DNA of 64,000 nucleotides, taken from assembly GCA_033763315.1 (NCBI GenBank), contig JANRKS010000031.1, forward strand, positions 128,001-192,000, read 5' to 3'. Of the stretch, positions 31,361 through 40,829 are shown one piece after another. The notes beneath the pieces are model-generated. The model was given only the letters and a program-made list of their open reading frames with translations. It had not been told where the DNA came from and did not search any database. The position numbers were made by a program, and so were the translations under genes. Every line of letters starts with the position of its first letter. Position 1 is the stretch's first letter. This stretch comes from Deltaproteobacteria bacterium. GTDB taxonomy: Bacteria; Myxococcota_A; Polyangia; Fen-1088.

Positions 31361-31965
31361 ATGGCGCGCGGCGTTTCACCCACAACGATCGACTCGTTGT
31401 GGGTGAACACCGCTCCGAATGCCGTTGGCAGCGGAAACGAGCATTGGTATCGCAGGCGTATGCTCGCGCCTTCAAACAGCCGAGCGAGCTTGGCAAAATC
31501 GAACGGTTCAACGTGGGTGGGGTCTGAAGCGAAGCCGCGCGCCTGTGGCGCGATAATCACCACCTTGCCCGCTGGTTTCACGAACGGCAGGTACTGAAGA
31601 AGCAATTCGCTCGCCTCAGAAAAGCGCATGTGCTCAACCACGTGCGACAACAACAAGGCGTCGAATCGATCGGGGCGCGCCCAGGGTGATCGAAGAAACT
31701 CTTGGTCGGTATATGCGTCAAGCCCCTTGGCCCTGCACACGGCAACCGCCGCCGCGTTTGTGTCGACGCCCACTCCATGTCCGCCGGCATTGCGCAAGCT
31801 GCGGCCTATGCCACAGCCAACATCCAACACGAAGCCAAGGTTCAGTCGCCGCAAGTACCACCTGTACGGGCGCTGCACATCGAGCAAACGCTTCCACCAG
31901 CGCCCCTGCAGCCGCGCCAAGCGTTCCACGTAGGCGGCGTCGTCGATTTGCGAGGGCCTCTGCAT
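31357..31965 (-). CDS. Class I SAM-dependent methyltransferase
   Basis: VLDVGCGIG; FDALLLSHVVEH; DPTH. Confidence 0.88.
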   Translation of the reverse strand: MQRPSQIDDAAYVERLARLQGRWWKRLLDVQRPYRWYLRRLNLGFVLDVGCGIGRSLRNAGGHGVGVDTNAAAVAVCRAKGLDAYTDQEFLRSPWARPDRFDALLLSHVVEHMRFSEASELLLQYLPFVKPAGKVVIIAPQARGFASDPTHVEPFDFAKLARLFEGASIRLRYQCSFPLPTAFGAVFTHNESIVVGETPRAI

Positions 31966-32036
31966 CTTTTTGCAACGCTAGCGCCCTGGGCAAAGGCTGT
32001 CACGGCCGATCGGCCGCCCGTCACATCCCACGTGTG

Positions 32037-33587
32037 TCAGCGGCACAAACCAGAGGCGTCGCACCGGCGGCCACCGGTGCATTGCGCGTCTGTGGTGTTC
32101 ACCCTCAAGGTGCACGTGCCCGTGCCGCAAGAGAAGCAGCTCTCATTGCAGGCGCTATTGCAACAGGCACCATCAACGCAAAAGCCACTGGCGCACTCGG
32201 CGCTTACGCTACAGCGCTGCCCATTGACTTTCGTGCAAGCACCACGGGCGTCGCACATGACTGAACCGCTGCAGCCGCGGGGATCCACGGCGTTCGTGAT
32301 CGATTTGCAAGTCCCATCGCCGCAGTTCTGGCACGCGCCGCCGCATGCGCTGTTGCAGCAGATACCACTGACACAATGCCCGGTAGCGCAATCAGTGTCG
32401 CGGCTGCAGATCTGACCGTTGCTGCGTCCGCACGTGCCGCGCCCATCGCAAGAATACTTGCCGGTGCACGTGTAGTGAGGCGCTCCGTCTTGGCTACCGG
32501 CGGGGCGTGGCACACAGGTCCCTCCCGCGCCTGTGCATTGCATGCACGGGCCACACGATGTGCGGCAGCAGTGGCCATCGGTGCAGTTGCCGGAAGCACA
32601 AACGTTGCTGGTCTCGCACAAGGCCCCGTCGACGCTACGACGAATGCATGCGCCCGCGATACATCCTTCGCCGGCTCCGCAGTCAGCATCCACTTTGCAC
32701 CGCGGACCACACATTCCAGCACCGTCGCACACGCCACCGTTCGCGCAGCCTGCCCCGCCACCGATCGAACCGCTTGGGCGCGGCACGCAGGATCCTTCAT
32801 GACCCGGCGCCGAGCACACCTCGCACGCACCGGTGCAGGCACTGGAGCAGCACAAACCATCAATGCAATGACCGTGGGCGCAGTCCGCGTCGGCGCGACA
32901 CATGTGCCCCGCGCTGTTGCGGCAAGTGCCCTCGCCATCACACGTCTGCTCGTTTTCGCACGGCAGTGGTGCGTTGGTGTCGGGCTCGCCTAGAGGCACA
33001 GGGGCGCACGTACCAACGCTGCCGCGCAAGTTGCAAGCCGCGCAGGTGCCGCACTGTTTTTGCCCGCAACACACGCCATCAACGCATGCGCCCGATAAAC
33101 ACTGTTCGTTGGCGCTGCATGATTCCCCGTTTGGCCCCAGGCCCAACAAATCCTCGGTGTCGGGCCAATCCTGCGTTGGCATCAGCGTGACGCGCACAAC
33201 GGTTTGTTGGCCGCTCTCCGCGATCGGCATGGTGCGGCCGCGCCCAATGCGGGCGCCGTCTTTGATCGCAAAAATGTTTAGTTCAAGGCGCCCGGTCGCG
33301 TCGCCTATGTGCAGAACGATGCTTCCCAACTCTGCCTCTGAGACGGGCTGCAAGGTCCCCTCCTTCGGCAGACGTTCATCGTCAAACAGCGGAACGCCTT
33401 CAGGGCCGTAGAGAAAAACGCGCAAGGCTTCTGGATCGCTTGGCATCCCGGAGCCATTTACCACTTCGACCACCAAAGACGTCTCTGTGCCGTCTCCGCA
33501 TGACCCCACCACAAAGATGGCCAGCGCGCACATAACACTAACGCGAGAGTGTGCCAATTGAGCCCTCCTGCAGCGGCGTGCGGTCAT
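32037..33587 (-). CDS. Exported Cys-rich repeat protein (probable lipoprotein)
   Basis: VVGSC lipobox-like motif; five repeats of GxxCx5CxxGxCxxGxCC-x3-4-C-x2-3-CxxC; start uncertain. Confidence 0.8.
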   Translation of the reverse strand: MTARRCRRAQLAHSRVSVMCALAIFVVGSCGDGTETSLVVEVVNGSGMPSDPEALRVFLYGPEGVPLFDDERLPKEGTLQPVSEAELGSIVLHIGDATGRLELNIFAIKDGARIGRGRTMPIAESGQQTVVRVTLMPTQDWPDTEDLLGLGPNGESCSANEQCLSGACVDGVCCGQKQCGTCAACNLRGSVGTCAPVPLGEPDTNAPLPCENEQTCDGEGTCRNSAGHMCRADADCAHGHCIDGLCCSSACTGACEVCSAPGHEGSCVPRPSGSIGGGAGCANGGVCDGAGMCGPRCKVDADCGAGEGCIAGACIRRSVDGALCETSNVCASGNCTDGHCCRTSCGPCMQCTGAGGTCVPRPAGSQDGAPHYTCTGKYSCDGRGTCGRSNGQICSRDTDCATGHCVSGICCNSACGGACQNCGDGTCKSITNAVDPRGCSGSVMCDARGACTKVNGQRCSVSAECASGFCVDGACCNSACNESCFSCGTGTCTLRVNTTDAQCTGGRRCDASGLCR

Positions 33588-34257
33588 TCTGGCTGATCAG
33601 AAACCAAGTGGCGCCTGCAGCGAGCACGGCCGCTCCCAAGGCCGGCCAAACCCAGTTTAGGGCCCGCTGTTTTTGCGCGGGAACTTCTGTCGCTTGCTGA
33701 AGATTAAGACCTGCGGGCTCACCTTGCATTGCAAGGTTCGGCCTTGGCAAATACGATTCGTTGTCGCCTTCGTCTTTGGCCTGCGCCACAAGTGTGGCGA
33801 CGGGGGCGGCAGGCACATCCCGCGTCTCGGCTGTCGACGCCTTCTTGGAAGCGGCTTTGGCGGCGGCCGGTGCCGGGCGTGGGCCGCGTGCTTTGACTCC
33901 GGTGAGAGCGGCCAAGGCCTCTTGCACCGCGGGTCTGTGAACGTCTGTGGCGGGAGCGCGTTGAAGAAAGAAGCGGTAATGCTTCGTGGCTTCACGGATG
34001 TTGCCCAGCCGCGCATGGCAGTGGGCGATGTTCAGCAGAAATCCTCGCAGACCGGTGAGGGTGAACGCGCGTTCGTAGCCTCGCAACGCCGCCTGGTATT
34101 CGCCGGATGAAAAGTGCACTTCGGCTTGCAAGAACAACTTGCGGGCACGCTCGCGCTGCGATGGTGCGGCGGCCGCGGGCGAGGAAGCCGCCGTGGCGTG
34201 CGTCTGCGCGGTAAAGGCCATCAGCACGGCGAACACAGCCACGCGTACAGCCGTCAT
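33538..34257 (-). CDS. Exported TPR protein with C-terminal TM helix
   Basis: Signal peptide MTAVRVAVF...THA; ARKLFLQAEVHFSSGEYQAALRGYERAF; LLNIAHCHARLG; TM WVWPALGAAVLAAG. Confidence 0.82.
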   Translation of the reverse strand: MTAVRVAVFAVLMAFTAQTHATAASSPAAAAPSQRERARKLFLQAEVHFSSGEYQAALRGYERAFTLTGLRGFLLNIAHCHARLGNIREATKHYRFFLQRAPATDVHRPAVQEALAALTGVKARGPRPAPAAAKAASKKASTAETRDVPAAPVATLVAQAKDEGDNESYLPRPNLAMQGEPAGLNLQQATEVPAQKQRALNWVWPALGAAVLAAGATWFLISQNDRTPLQEGSIGTLSR

Positions 34258-34273
34258 GTGCCGCTTATGCAAG

Positions 34274-35998
34274 CTATGGCGAGAACGGGTCGACATGCGC
34301 AGCGTCCAAAACATCGCCAGTGTGCTTCCACAGGTCCAGGTGCGGTTTCGTTCGCACTCGTTCCACATCACGCAGAGCCACGGATCTTCGGCGCACAACG
34401 GGCGGTTCGCGGGGCGCAACCAACGGCTCATCATTGGCCGTCTTGGCCACCTGTGGTTCCGGCGCGGCCAGCGGTTGTCGCAGTCCCTCTTCAAACAATG
34501 ACGTCAATTCCCGCGTGCGAAGCTCGTCTAGCAGCGTTGAACGCGACAGCGGCGTGGTGTGAATCTGGGCGGTTGTCTGCGGAGCCAAGGCCGGAGCAAC
34601 CTCTGCCTGCGCCACCGGCTGAGCCGTGTCATTCGATGTGCCGAGTGCCCTCAAAGTTAGGACGAAGGCGAGGGCCGCAAACAGCGCCGCGCCGGCCCGC
34701 GCCGGCCGGGGCAAACGCGACAACAAAGCCGCAGGCCACCCACCTCTACGCTGCCACATCTGTGTGGGGACGAAGATCTGTGAATCAGCCTTGAGTAAAG
34801 TGGCCTTTGATTCCGTCACGCCTGCGGGCAGATCCAGATCCGCATCAAACACCTCGGCCATCGTCTCAGCGGTTTCGGTTGACGGCAACTCACTGACGGG
34901 CTGGGCGCCGTTGGATGCACCGCTTGGCAAGGCGAATCCCAAAGGCCGTCGTCCGAACGCGTGTTCCAATAGGCGCGGAATGTCAGTGCGATGGTGCGAT
35001 ACCACCCGCAACACTTCATCGAGATCTTCGGCCAAGTGATCGGCGGTGGGATAACGGTCAGCGGGGTTGCGTGCGAGCGCGCGCAGAACCACAGCGTCGA
35101 ACGCCTTAGGCACTTCAGGGGCGATCTTTGACGGTGGCGTGATGGGCCGTTCAAGCACGTTGTAAAGTGTGCGTGCGTCGTCTTCGCCGGCAAAGAGACG
35201 GCGGCATGTGAGCATCTCCCACATCACCACGCCCAAAGAGAAAATGTCCGAACGGCCATCCAAGGGGCGACCTGTCACCTGTTCGGGCGATGTGTAGCCA
35301 AGCTTTCCTTTGAGCACCTTGCCCTGCGTGACTGAAGAGGCCAACCGCTGATCGGAAAGCGCGATGCCAAAGTCAAAGAGCTTCACGGTGCCGGCGTCGA
35401 GCAGCATCACGTTTTCAGGGCTCACATCTCTGTGAACCAAGTGCAATGGTTTGCCATCGGAATCGCAAGCTGTGTGCGCGTAGGCCAAGCCGTGTGCGAT
35501 CTGCTGTGCCACGAAAGCTGCCGTTGACGGTGCCATGCGTTCGCCGCGGCGTGAAAGCTGCGTTAACACCGAGGCCAGATCCATGCCGTCGAGGTAATCC
35601 ATCGACAAGTAGTGAATGCCCGCGACGACTCCGAACTCGTACACTTGCACAAGGTTCGGGTGGTGCAGCATGGCACTAAGCTTCGCTTCGTCAGCAAACA
35701 GACTCACGAAGTAGGGGGACGATGCAAAGGCCGGCAGGATGCGCTTGACCACGAAGACGCGGCGGAAGCCCTGAGCCCCTTCAGCCACCGCTTTCCAAAC
35801 CTCAGCCATACCGCCGCTGCCAAGTTTCTCCTGCAGCAGGTACCGCCCGAACCGTTCGTGGAACACGTGGCCCTCGTCTGACACCGCCAACGCCGGCGTG
35901 CCCTCAAGTCGACAACGCTGCACCACGGTTGAATCGTCGGCAGAGCCGCTGCGAAGAAGCGGCAAGGTGACGTCCTCCATATTGCTTAGGTCCTGCAT
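34274..35998 (-). CDS. Hanks-type Ser/Thr protein kinase with TM helix
   Basis: LGSGGMAEVW, VVKRI, HRDVSPEN, DFG, YTSPE, DGRSDIFSLG; C-terminal DPF; start uncertain. Confidence 0.93.
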   Translation of the reverse strand: MQDLSNMEDVTLPLLRSGSADDSTVVQRCRLEGTPALAVSDEGHVFHERFGRYLLQEKLGSGGMAEVWKAVAEGAQGFRRVFVVKRILPAFASSPYFVSLFADEAKLSAMLHHPNLVQVYEFGVVAGIHYLSMDYLDGMDLASVLTQLSRRGERMAPSTAAFVAQQIAHGLAYAHTACDSDGKPLHLVHRDVSPENVMLLDAGTVKLFDFGIALSDQRLASSVTQGKVLKGKLGYTSPEQVTGRPLDGRSDIFSLGVVMWEMLTCRRLFAGEDDARTLYNVLERPITPPSKIAPEVPKAFDAVVLRALARNPADRYPTADHLAEDLDEVLRVVSHHRTDIPRLLEHAFGRRPLGFALPSGASNGAQPVSELPSTETAETMAEVFDADLDLPAGVTESKATLLKADSQIFVPTQMWQRRGGWPAALLSRLPRPARAGAALFAALAFVLTLRALGTSNDTAQPVAQAEVAPALAPQTTAQIHTTPLSRSTLLDELRTRELTSLFEEGLRQPLAAPEPQVAKTANDEPLVAPREPPVVRRRSVALRDVERVRTKPHLDLWKHTGDVLDAAHVDPFSP

Positions 35999-36298
35999 GT
36001 GCGACAGCCTCGCGATGCCGTCCTGACAAGGGGCCAGGTGGTAACGCTGCCTGGAAAGGATTACCCGCACACGCGTGTAAGTCAACGAATTAGATGTAAG
36101 AAGAATTACGTATCGTCTGAGACATAATCCTGGCGCGCGACCCCCGGCGTGAGGTTCATGCAAACGAGCGAAACTTCAGCCCTTCGCTCACGCGGCCCCG
36201 CCGCCGCTTGAACCTGCACGGTGGGCGAGTCACGAACGCGACGGCGTTCATCCCTCCCTAGCAGCGTGAGGGCGTAGGGTCCGTTATGATGACCACCC

Positions 36299-36616
36299 AT
36301 GGAGACTGTTGAACAAGCCAAACCTCGCAGCTGGTTTCGCCGGCTAATGCTGCATCTTGAACTTGGCGTGCTGCTGGGCTTGGTGGCGTGGACGCTGGTC
36401 GGCGCCTCGCTGATCACGTGGTGGTACAAGCCGCCCGTGGACCAGGCCTTGTCATGTTCGCCGATGGTGCAGTCGGCTTTGACTGACTTCTCCCGCTATC
36501 AGTTGATCGCCGCGGGCGCCGGAGCCGCTTTGGTAATGATCGTATCCGCCCTGGTGCGCCGCAAACCCGCCGCCGTAGCGAGCCCAACCACCTCCACAGC
36601 CCCGCGGACACCATAA
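36299..36616 (+). CDS. Small two-TM membrane protein
   Basis: Two hydrophobic helices around WWYKPP...C; followed by a terminator. Confidence 0.7.
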   Translation: METVEQAKPRSWFRRLMLHLELGVLLGLVAWTLVGASLITWWYKPPVDQALSCSPMVQSALTDFSRYQLIAAGAGAALVMIVSALVRRKPAAVASPTTSTAPRTP

Positions 36617-36617
36617 A

Positions 36618-36651
36618 AAAAGCCCCACCGCCCAAAGACGATGGGGCTTTT
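36618..36651. terminator. Bidirectional intrinsic terminator
   Basis: AAAAGCCCCA...TGGGGCTTTT stem between convergent genes. Confidence 0.8.
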
Positions 36652-36667
36652 GCAGAGCGGCCGTTCG

Positions 36668-37246
36668 CTAGCCCAGGTTCTTCGCGGCGAAGTCCCAGTT
36701 GATCAGATGTTTGATGAACGTCTCAACGTAGTTGGGACGAGCGTTGCGGAAGTCGATGTAGTACGCGTGCTCCCACACATCGCAAGTGAGCAACGGCTTT
36801 TCGCCCGTGCGCAGGGGTGTCTCGGCATTGCCGGTCTTCATGACCTTGAGCTTGCCTCCCGACTCGACCAACCAAGCCCAGCCTGAACCGAACTGCGTCT
36901 TGGCTGCTTCGCTGAACTGTTGCAGGAACGAGTCAACCGAACCGAAGTCACGGTTGATGGCTTCAAGCAGTTTGCCCGTAGGCAAACCACCGCCGCCTGG
37001 CTTCATGCTGTTCCAGTAAAAGGTGTGGTTCCAAACCTGGGCCGCGTTGTTAAACACGCCGCCCTCGCTGGTCTTAACCAAGTCTTCGAGCGAGCTCGAA
37101 GATTCGGGCTTGCCTTCGAGCAGTTTGTTCAAGTTCGTCACGTAGGCCTGGTGATGCTTGCCGTAGTGAAAGTCGATCGTCTCGGCGCTGATGTGAGGCG
37201 CCAGGGCGTCTTTGGCCCAGGGCAGTGCAGGTAACTCGAATGCCAT
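36668..37246 (-). CDS. sodB: Fe/Mn superoxide dismutase (Fe-type signature)
   Basis: HYGKHHQAY, FNNAAQVWNH, FGSGWAW, DVWEHAYY. Confidence 0.95.
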   Translation of the reverse strand: MAFELPALPWAKDALAPHISAETIDFHYGKHHQAYVTNLNKLLEGKPESSSSLEDLVKTSEGGVFNNAAQVWNHTFYWNSMKPGGGGLPTGKLLEAINRDFGSVDSFLQQFSEAAKTQFGSGWAWLVESGGKLKVMKTGNAETPLRTGEKPLLTCDVWEHAYYIDFRNARPNYVETFIKHLINWDFAAKNLG

Positions 37247-37376
37247 CGTGAAGTCCTCTCGGTTTGAGGGTTAGCGAAACGCGCAGATTTTCCGCGCAGC
37301 ATACCATCGTGCCTATGCTTGTCACCGCTGCAGGCTGCGCCGCACAGCTTCGTTTGCTAGAGTGAGTAAACGCTTT

Positions 37377-37735
37377 GGGGGCGAACTAGGCTCGACGGGG
37401 GGAAGCAAAGCGCATGTTGCGTGCCGAGGCGCCCGAGGCCTCGTAAAAACGGGCAAAATCGAACTGCGAACGATAATGCGTTCGCTCTGGCAGCCTAAAA
37501 AACTGATCAGACCGTGAATCCGGGAGTCGCCTGCGGCCCGGCCTAGCGGCTAATTTAGCGGGCTAGACATCGGTGGGTGCCAACCGGCACCGAATGTGAC
37601 TTTTACCGGCGGGCTAAGCTGCAGAACGCAAGTTAACGAGCGTCACTGCGGACGAAAAATCAATCGCTGACTACGCACGTAGCGGCAGGCGTGGAGCCCT
37701 CTCGGACCGGGGTGCAATTCCCCGCGCCTCCACCA
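37377..37735 (+). ncRNA. ssrA: tmRNA
   Basis: 5' GGGGGCGAAC...CTCGAC; 3' T-arm GGGTGCAATTCCC and CGCCTCCACCA; tag ORF 37466-37498 encodes ANDNAFALAA*. Confidence 0.96.
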
Positions 37736-37817
37736 AAGAGACGGCAAACGGCGCCGGACCTCAAGTTGTCTTGTGGGTCCGGCGCCGAAGACTTGCCGTC
37801 AATGTTACGTTAAAGGC

Positions 37818-38555
37818 ATGTCGCTTTGGGTACTGCTGGTCGGCGCCGCCCCGGCCATGGCGCTGATGGCGTTCTTCTACTGGCGTGATCGTTATGAGCG
37901 AGAGCCGTTGCCGCATGTCCTCGCCGCTTTCATCCTGGGTGCCTACGCCCTGTTGGCTGCCCAAGGCGCCGCCGGGCTTGTCGAACGGTTCGTGACGCGC
38001 GAATGGCTTGCGCTGGGGGGCACACCGGCGCGCCTCTTCGACGCTTTCGTGGTGGCGGGGCTTGTGGAGGAATGCGCCAAGCTTATTGTGCTCGCTGGGG
38101 CCGTTTATCACTGGTCCCAGTTTGACGAGCCGCTTGATGGCTTGATCTATGGCGTGGCGGTCTCGCTCGGGTTTGCTGGCGTCGAGAATGTGTTTTATCT
38201 GGCGCGGCTTGGCTTAGGCGTCGCGTGGCTGCGCGCGGTGTTTGCCGTGCCGGCCCACGCGCTCATGGGGGCGATCATGGGCTTTTACTTGGGACGCGCC
38301 AAATTTGAAAAGGGTGGGTTGCAGGCGCGGCATTTCCTTTATGCGCTAGGCCTGCCCACGCTGTTTCATGGTGCGTACGATTTCGCGCTGGCCCGGCGCC
38401 TCCAATCGCTGGTGTGGATCACGATCAGCGTTCTCTCTGCCTTATTCTGGCGTTTCGTCCTGGTTCGCGTGTATCGCGCGCAACGCGCTTCGCCATTCCG
38501 GCCGCGCACGATCGCGCCCTTTTCGCGACCTACCGAAAAGCATCCACATAGATGA
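37818..38555 (+). CDS. PrsW-family intramembrane metalloprotease
   Basis: EREP, VEECAK (EExxK), FAGVEN (FxxxEN), PAH, FHGAYD. Confidence 0.9.
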   Translation: MSLWVLLVGAAPAMALMAFFYWRDRYEREPLPHVLAAFILGAYALLAAQGAAGLVERFVTREWLALGGTPARLFDAFVVAGLVEECAKLIVLAGAVYHWSQFDEPLDGLIYGVAVSLGFAGVENVFYLARLGLGVAWLRAVFAVPAHALMGAIMGFYLGRAKFEKGGLQARHFLYALGLPTLFHGAYDFALARRLQSLVWITISVLSALFWRFVLVRVYRAQRASPFRPRTIAPFSRPTEKHPHR

Positions 38556-38668
38556 ATGCACGGCAAGTGATCGTTTTTCGGCGCTCAAACACACTATCCA
38601 TGACGAAACTCCGGGATCGGTTGCACTCACACCCGACTGACACTCGTTTCGACAACAAAGGAGCCCAC

Positions 38669-39634
38669 ATGAAAAAGCTGTTTGCGCTGCTTGCCAGCGT
38701 CTCTATTGCAAGTGGTGTGGCGGCTTGTGGAGCCAGCAACGGTGGCGGAGCGGACGGGGCGGGCGCCGGCAAAGCGGGCAGCAACGGGGCCGGAGGAACA
38801 GGCGGTTTTCAGGTTGATTTTTCGAACGGTGGGCGGCCGGCCTCGGGTGCCACCGGAGGCAGCGGCAACGTAAACAGCCCAGGCAGCTCCGAAAATGGCG
38901 GCTGCCGGAAAGTGGACTTGGTGTTTGCCGTTGATAACTCCAGCAGCATGCAGGAGGAGAAGAAGGCGTTGGCATCCGATGTCTTTCCGAAATTCGCCAA
39001 GGCACTCAGGGATGTAGGGGGTGGGCTGGACGATTACCGCGTCGGCGTGATCGACGCGTGCCCGAAGCCAGCCACTTTGCACGTCAAAGGCACAAGCGGC
39101 GCGTGCAACTTTGCCGGCGGCCAAACGTGGATGCAGTCGGCTTCGGCCAACCTTGAGCAGGAGTTTGCGTGCGTCGGCTCAATCGATTCGGCGGATACGC
39201 AATGTTCGGGGCGCAACGACGACGAACAGCCGGCTTCTTCCGCCAGCGCCGTGGTCGAGGCCTCCTTGGCAGGCACGGCCAACAAGGACTTCATCCGCAA
39301 GGACGCCCTGTTGGTGGTCGTGGCCATCACCGACGAAGATGAACAACCGGTGCCCGCGATGAGCACCAGCCAATTGTTCGAGCGCATGAAAGCTCTTAAG
39401 GGCGGTGATGCTTCACGCATCGTGTTCCTCGGCATCGGCGGCACAAAGGCTTGCCAGGGGCTATACGGCGACGCCGAGGAGGCCAAGCGCCTTAAAGAGT
39501 TGACGGGCTTGTTCGAGGCCGCCCAGCGTGGGGTGTTTTGGGATCTCTGTGCGGGTAAACTCGAAGACGGCCTGACCCAAGCCATGTCAGTCATCAATAA
39601 GGCCTGTGAGGCCTTCGTGCCCGTCGTCTTATGA
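38669..39634 (+). CDS. VWA-like lipoprotein
   Basis: AAAGGAG RBS; VAAC lipobox; Gly linker; VDLVFAVDNSSSM (MIDAS-like); ITDEDE. Confidence 0.82.
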   Translation: MKKLFALLASVSIASGVAACGASNGGGADGAGAGKAGSNGAGGTGGFQVDFSNGGRPASGATGGSGNVNSPGSSENGGCRKVDLVFAVDNSSSMQEEKKALASDVFPKFAKALRDVGGGLDDYRVGVIDACPKPATLHVKGTSGACNFAGGQTWMQSASANLEQEFACVGSIDSADTQCSGRNDDEQPASSASAVVEASLAGTANKDFIRKDALLVVVAITDEDEQPVPAMSTSQLFERMKALKGGDASRIVFLGIGGTKACQGLYGDAEEAKRLKELTGLFEAAQRGVFWDLCAGKLEDGLTQAMSVINKACEAFVPVVL

Positions 39635-39696
39635 GCCGGCTCTGGCCTCGAAGGCTGGCCCGAGCCCGCCGCTGCGCCGGGTGTTAAACTGTCACG

Positions 39697-40365
39697 ATGC
39701 AACCTAGGAATCTTCGCCTGCCTTGGGAGACTTTGCGGCACCCTTGGATCGGGCTGTTTGGTTGGGTGGCTTTGTGTACGGCGGGCGGCTGCTCCAAGAA
39801 GGCGCCGAAGCCCGACGATGCTTTCACCAGCCAGTGGCGTGAGCTGTCGTCGCGGGAAGTCTTCTATATCGAAGACGATGGCGGGCAGGGCCTGATGGGG
39901 AGGGTGCCACGCGGCGAGCACCTGCCGGACAAGACTGGTATGGCAGCCGAGTACGACGAGCGCACTGGAGCCGATCTGCATCCCACGAGGCCGCCGGTGC
40001 CTGTGGCGCCAAGGGTGGCTGCCACGGGCGGCCAAACGGGTGGCGCAGGAGCCGCCGCTACTGCACCCTTGCCTGAGGCGTTGACCTTCTCCGAAGTTTC
40101 GTCTGTCGTGCGGCGCAACTTAGGAGGGGTGCGCGTGTGCTACCTCAAGCTAACCCGCAGTGGCTCAAGCCCGTCAGGCCGCGCGATTGTGAGCTTCTCT
40201 GTAGAGCCCGCAGGCAAGGTGGGTCAGGTCCGGGTGGACGCGCCTGTGTTCCAAGACACCTCGCTGCCGAATTGCGTGTCGGAGCAGGTGAAGCATTGGT
40301 CTTTTCCGCAAACGCAAAAGGGTGGGGCCACGGTGCAATACCCACTCGTGTTCGTAGGCGGATGA
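39697..40365 (+). CDS. Lipoprotein with AgmX/PglI (TonB_C-like) C-terminal domain
   Basis: AGGC lipobox; VRRNLGGVRVCY...GRAIVSFSV...CV...WSFP...QYPLVF. Confidence 0.8.
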   Translation: MQPRNLRLPWETLRHPWIGLFGWVALCTAGGCSKKAPKPDDAFTSQWRELSSREVFYIEDDGGQGLMGRVPRGEHLPDKTGMAAEYDERTGADLHPTRPPVPVAPRVAATGGQTGGAGAAATAPLPEALTFSEVSSVVRRNLGGVRVCYLKLTRSGSSPSGRAIVSFSVEPAGKVGQVRVDAPVFQDTSLPNCVSEQVKHWSFPQTQKGGATVQYPLVFVGG

Positions 40366-40394
40366 CGGTCGCATTCGTTCGGAGCCAAAAATAC

Positions 40395-40432
40395 CAAAAG
40401 TGCCGTCGATCCAGGGGACCGCGGCACTTTTG
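40395..40432. terminator. Bidirectional intrinsic terminator
   Basis: CAAAAGTGCCG / CGGCACTTTTG 11-bp stem between convergent genes. Confidence 0.8.
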
Positions 40433-40478
40433 ATGACCAAGCAGGGCGCGAACGCTCTTTTGAACTTTTGCTGTGCGG

Positions 40479-40691
40479 CTACTCTTCCAAGTAGAACACG
40501 GTGATCGCCAAACAGTGGAACGCTTCGTCAGATGACTGCGTAACGATCGTATCAACGATCTTGCGGTTCTGATGGTCGCGAATCCAGGCGGTCACTTTCT
40601 CACCCAAGTTCTCGCGCTCTTGCGCCATGGTCGCCGAGAAGACCTTCACGCCATTAAAGCGAGCTGTGGTGGAGTTCTGATTCTGCGACAT
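40479..40691 (-). CDS. Small conserved-type hypothetical protein (70 aa)
   Basis: GAAAGGA RBS; globular composition (FNGVKVFSAT...QSSDEAFHCLAITVFY); terminator downstream. Confidence 0.8.
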   Translation of the reverse strand: MSQNQNSTTARFNGVKVFSATMAQERENLGEKVTAWIRDHQNRKIVDTIVTQSSDEAFHCLAITVFYLEE

Positions 40692-40829
40692 AAAACATGT
40701 TCCTTTCGTTCGGTCCTGCGAAGTCGATCCAAGTTGTCAGCCCGCCCAAGGCGCGTACCCCGTGCCAAAGCCAATCTAAGCCCAGGCCGCGATCCTTACA
40801 AGAAGGCCCCGCGGCGCGAGTGACATTCC

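Noticed and set aside
36068-36086. Palindrome ACACGCGTGT next to a minus-strand TTGACT (-35-like) upstream of the kinase
   Set aside because: A 10-bp palindrome is expected by chance in 64 kb and the matching -10 box is unconvincing.
37736-40400. Genomic island or prophage integrated at ssrA
   Set aside because: No integrase, no repeated tmRNA 3' end found, and the downstream genes look native.
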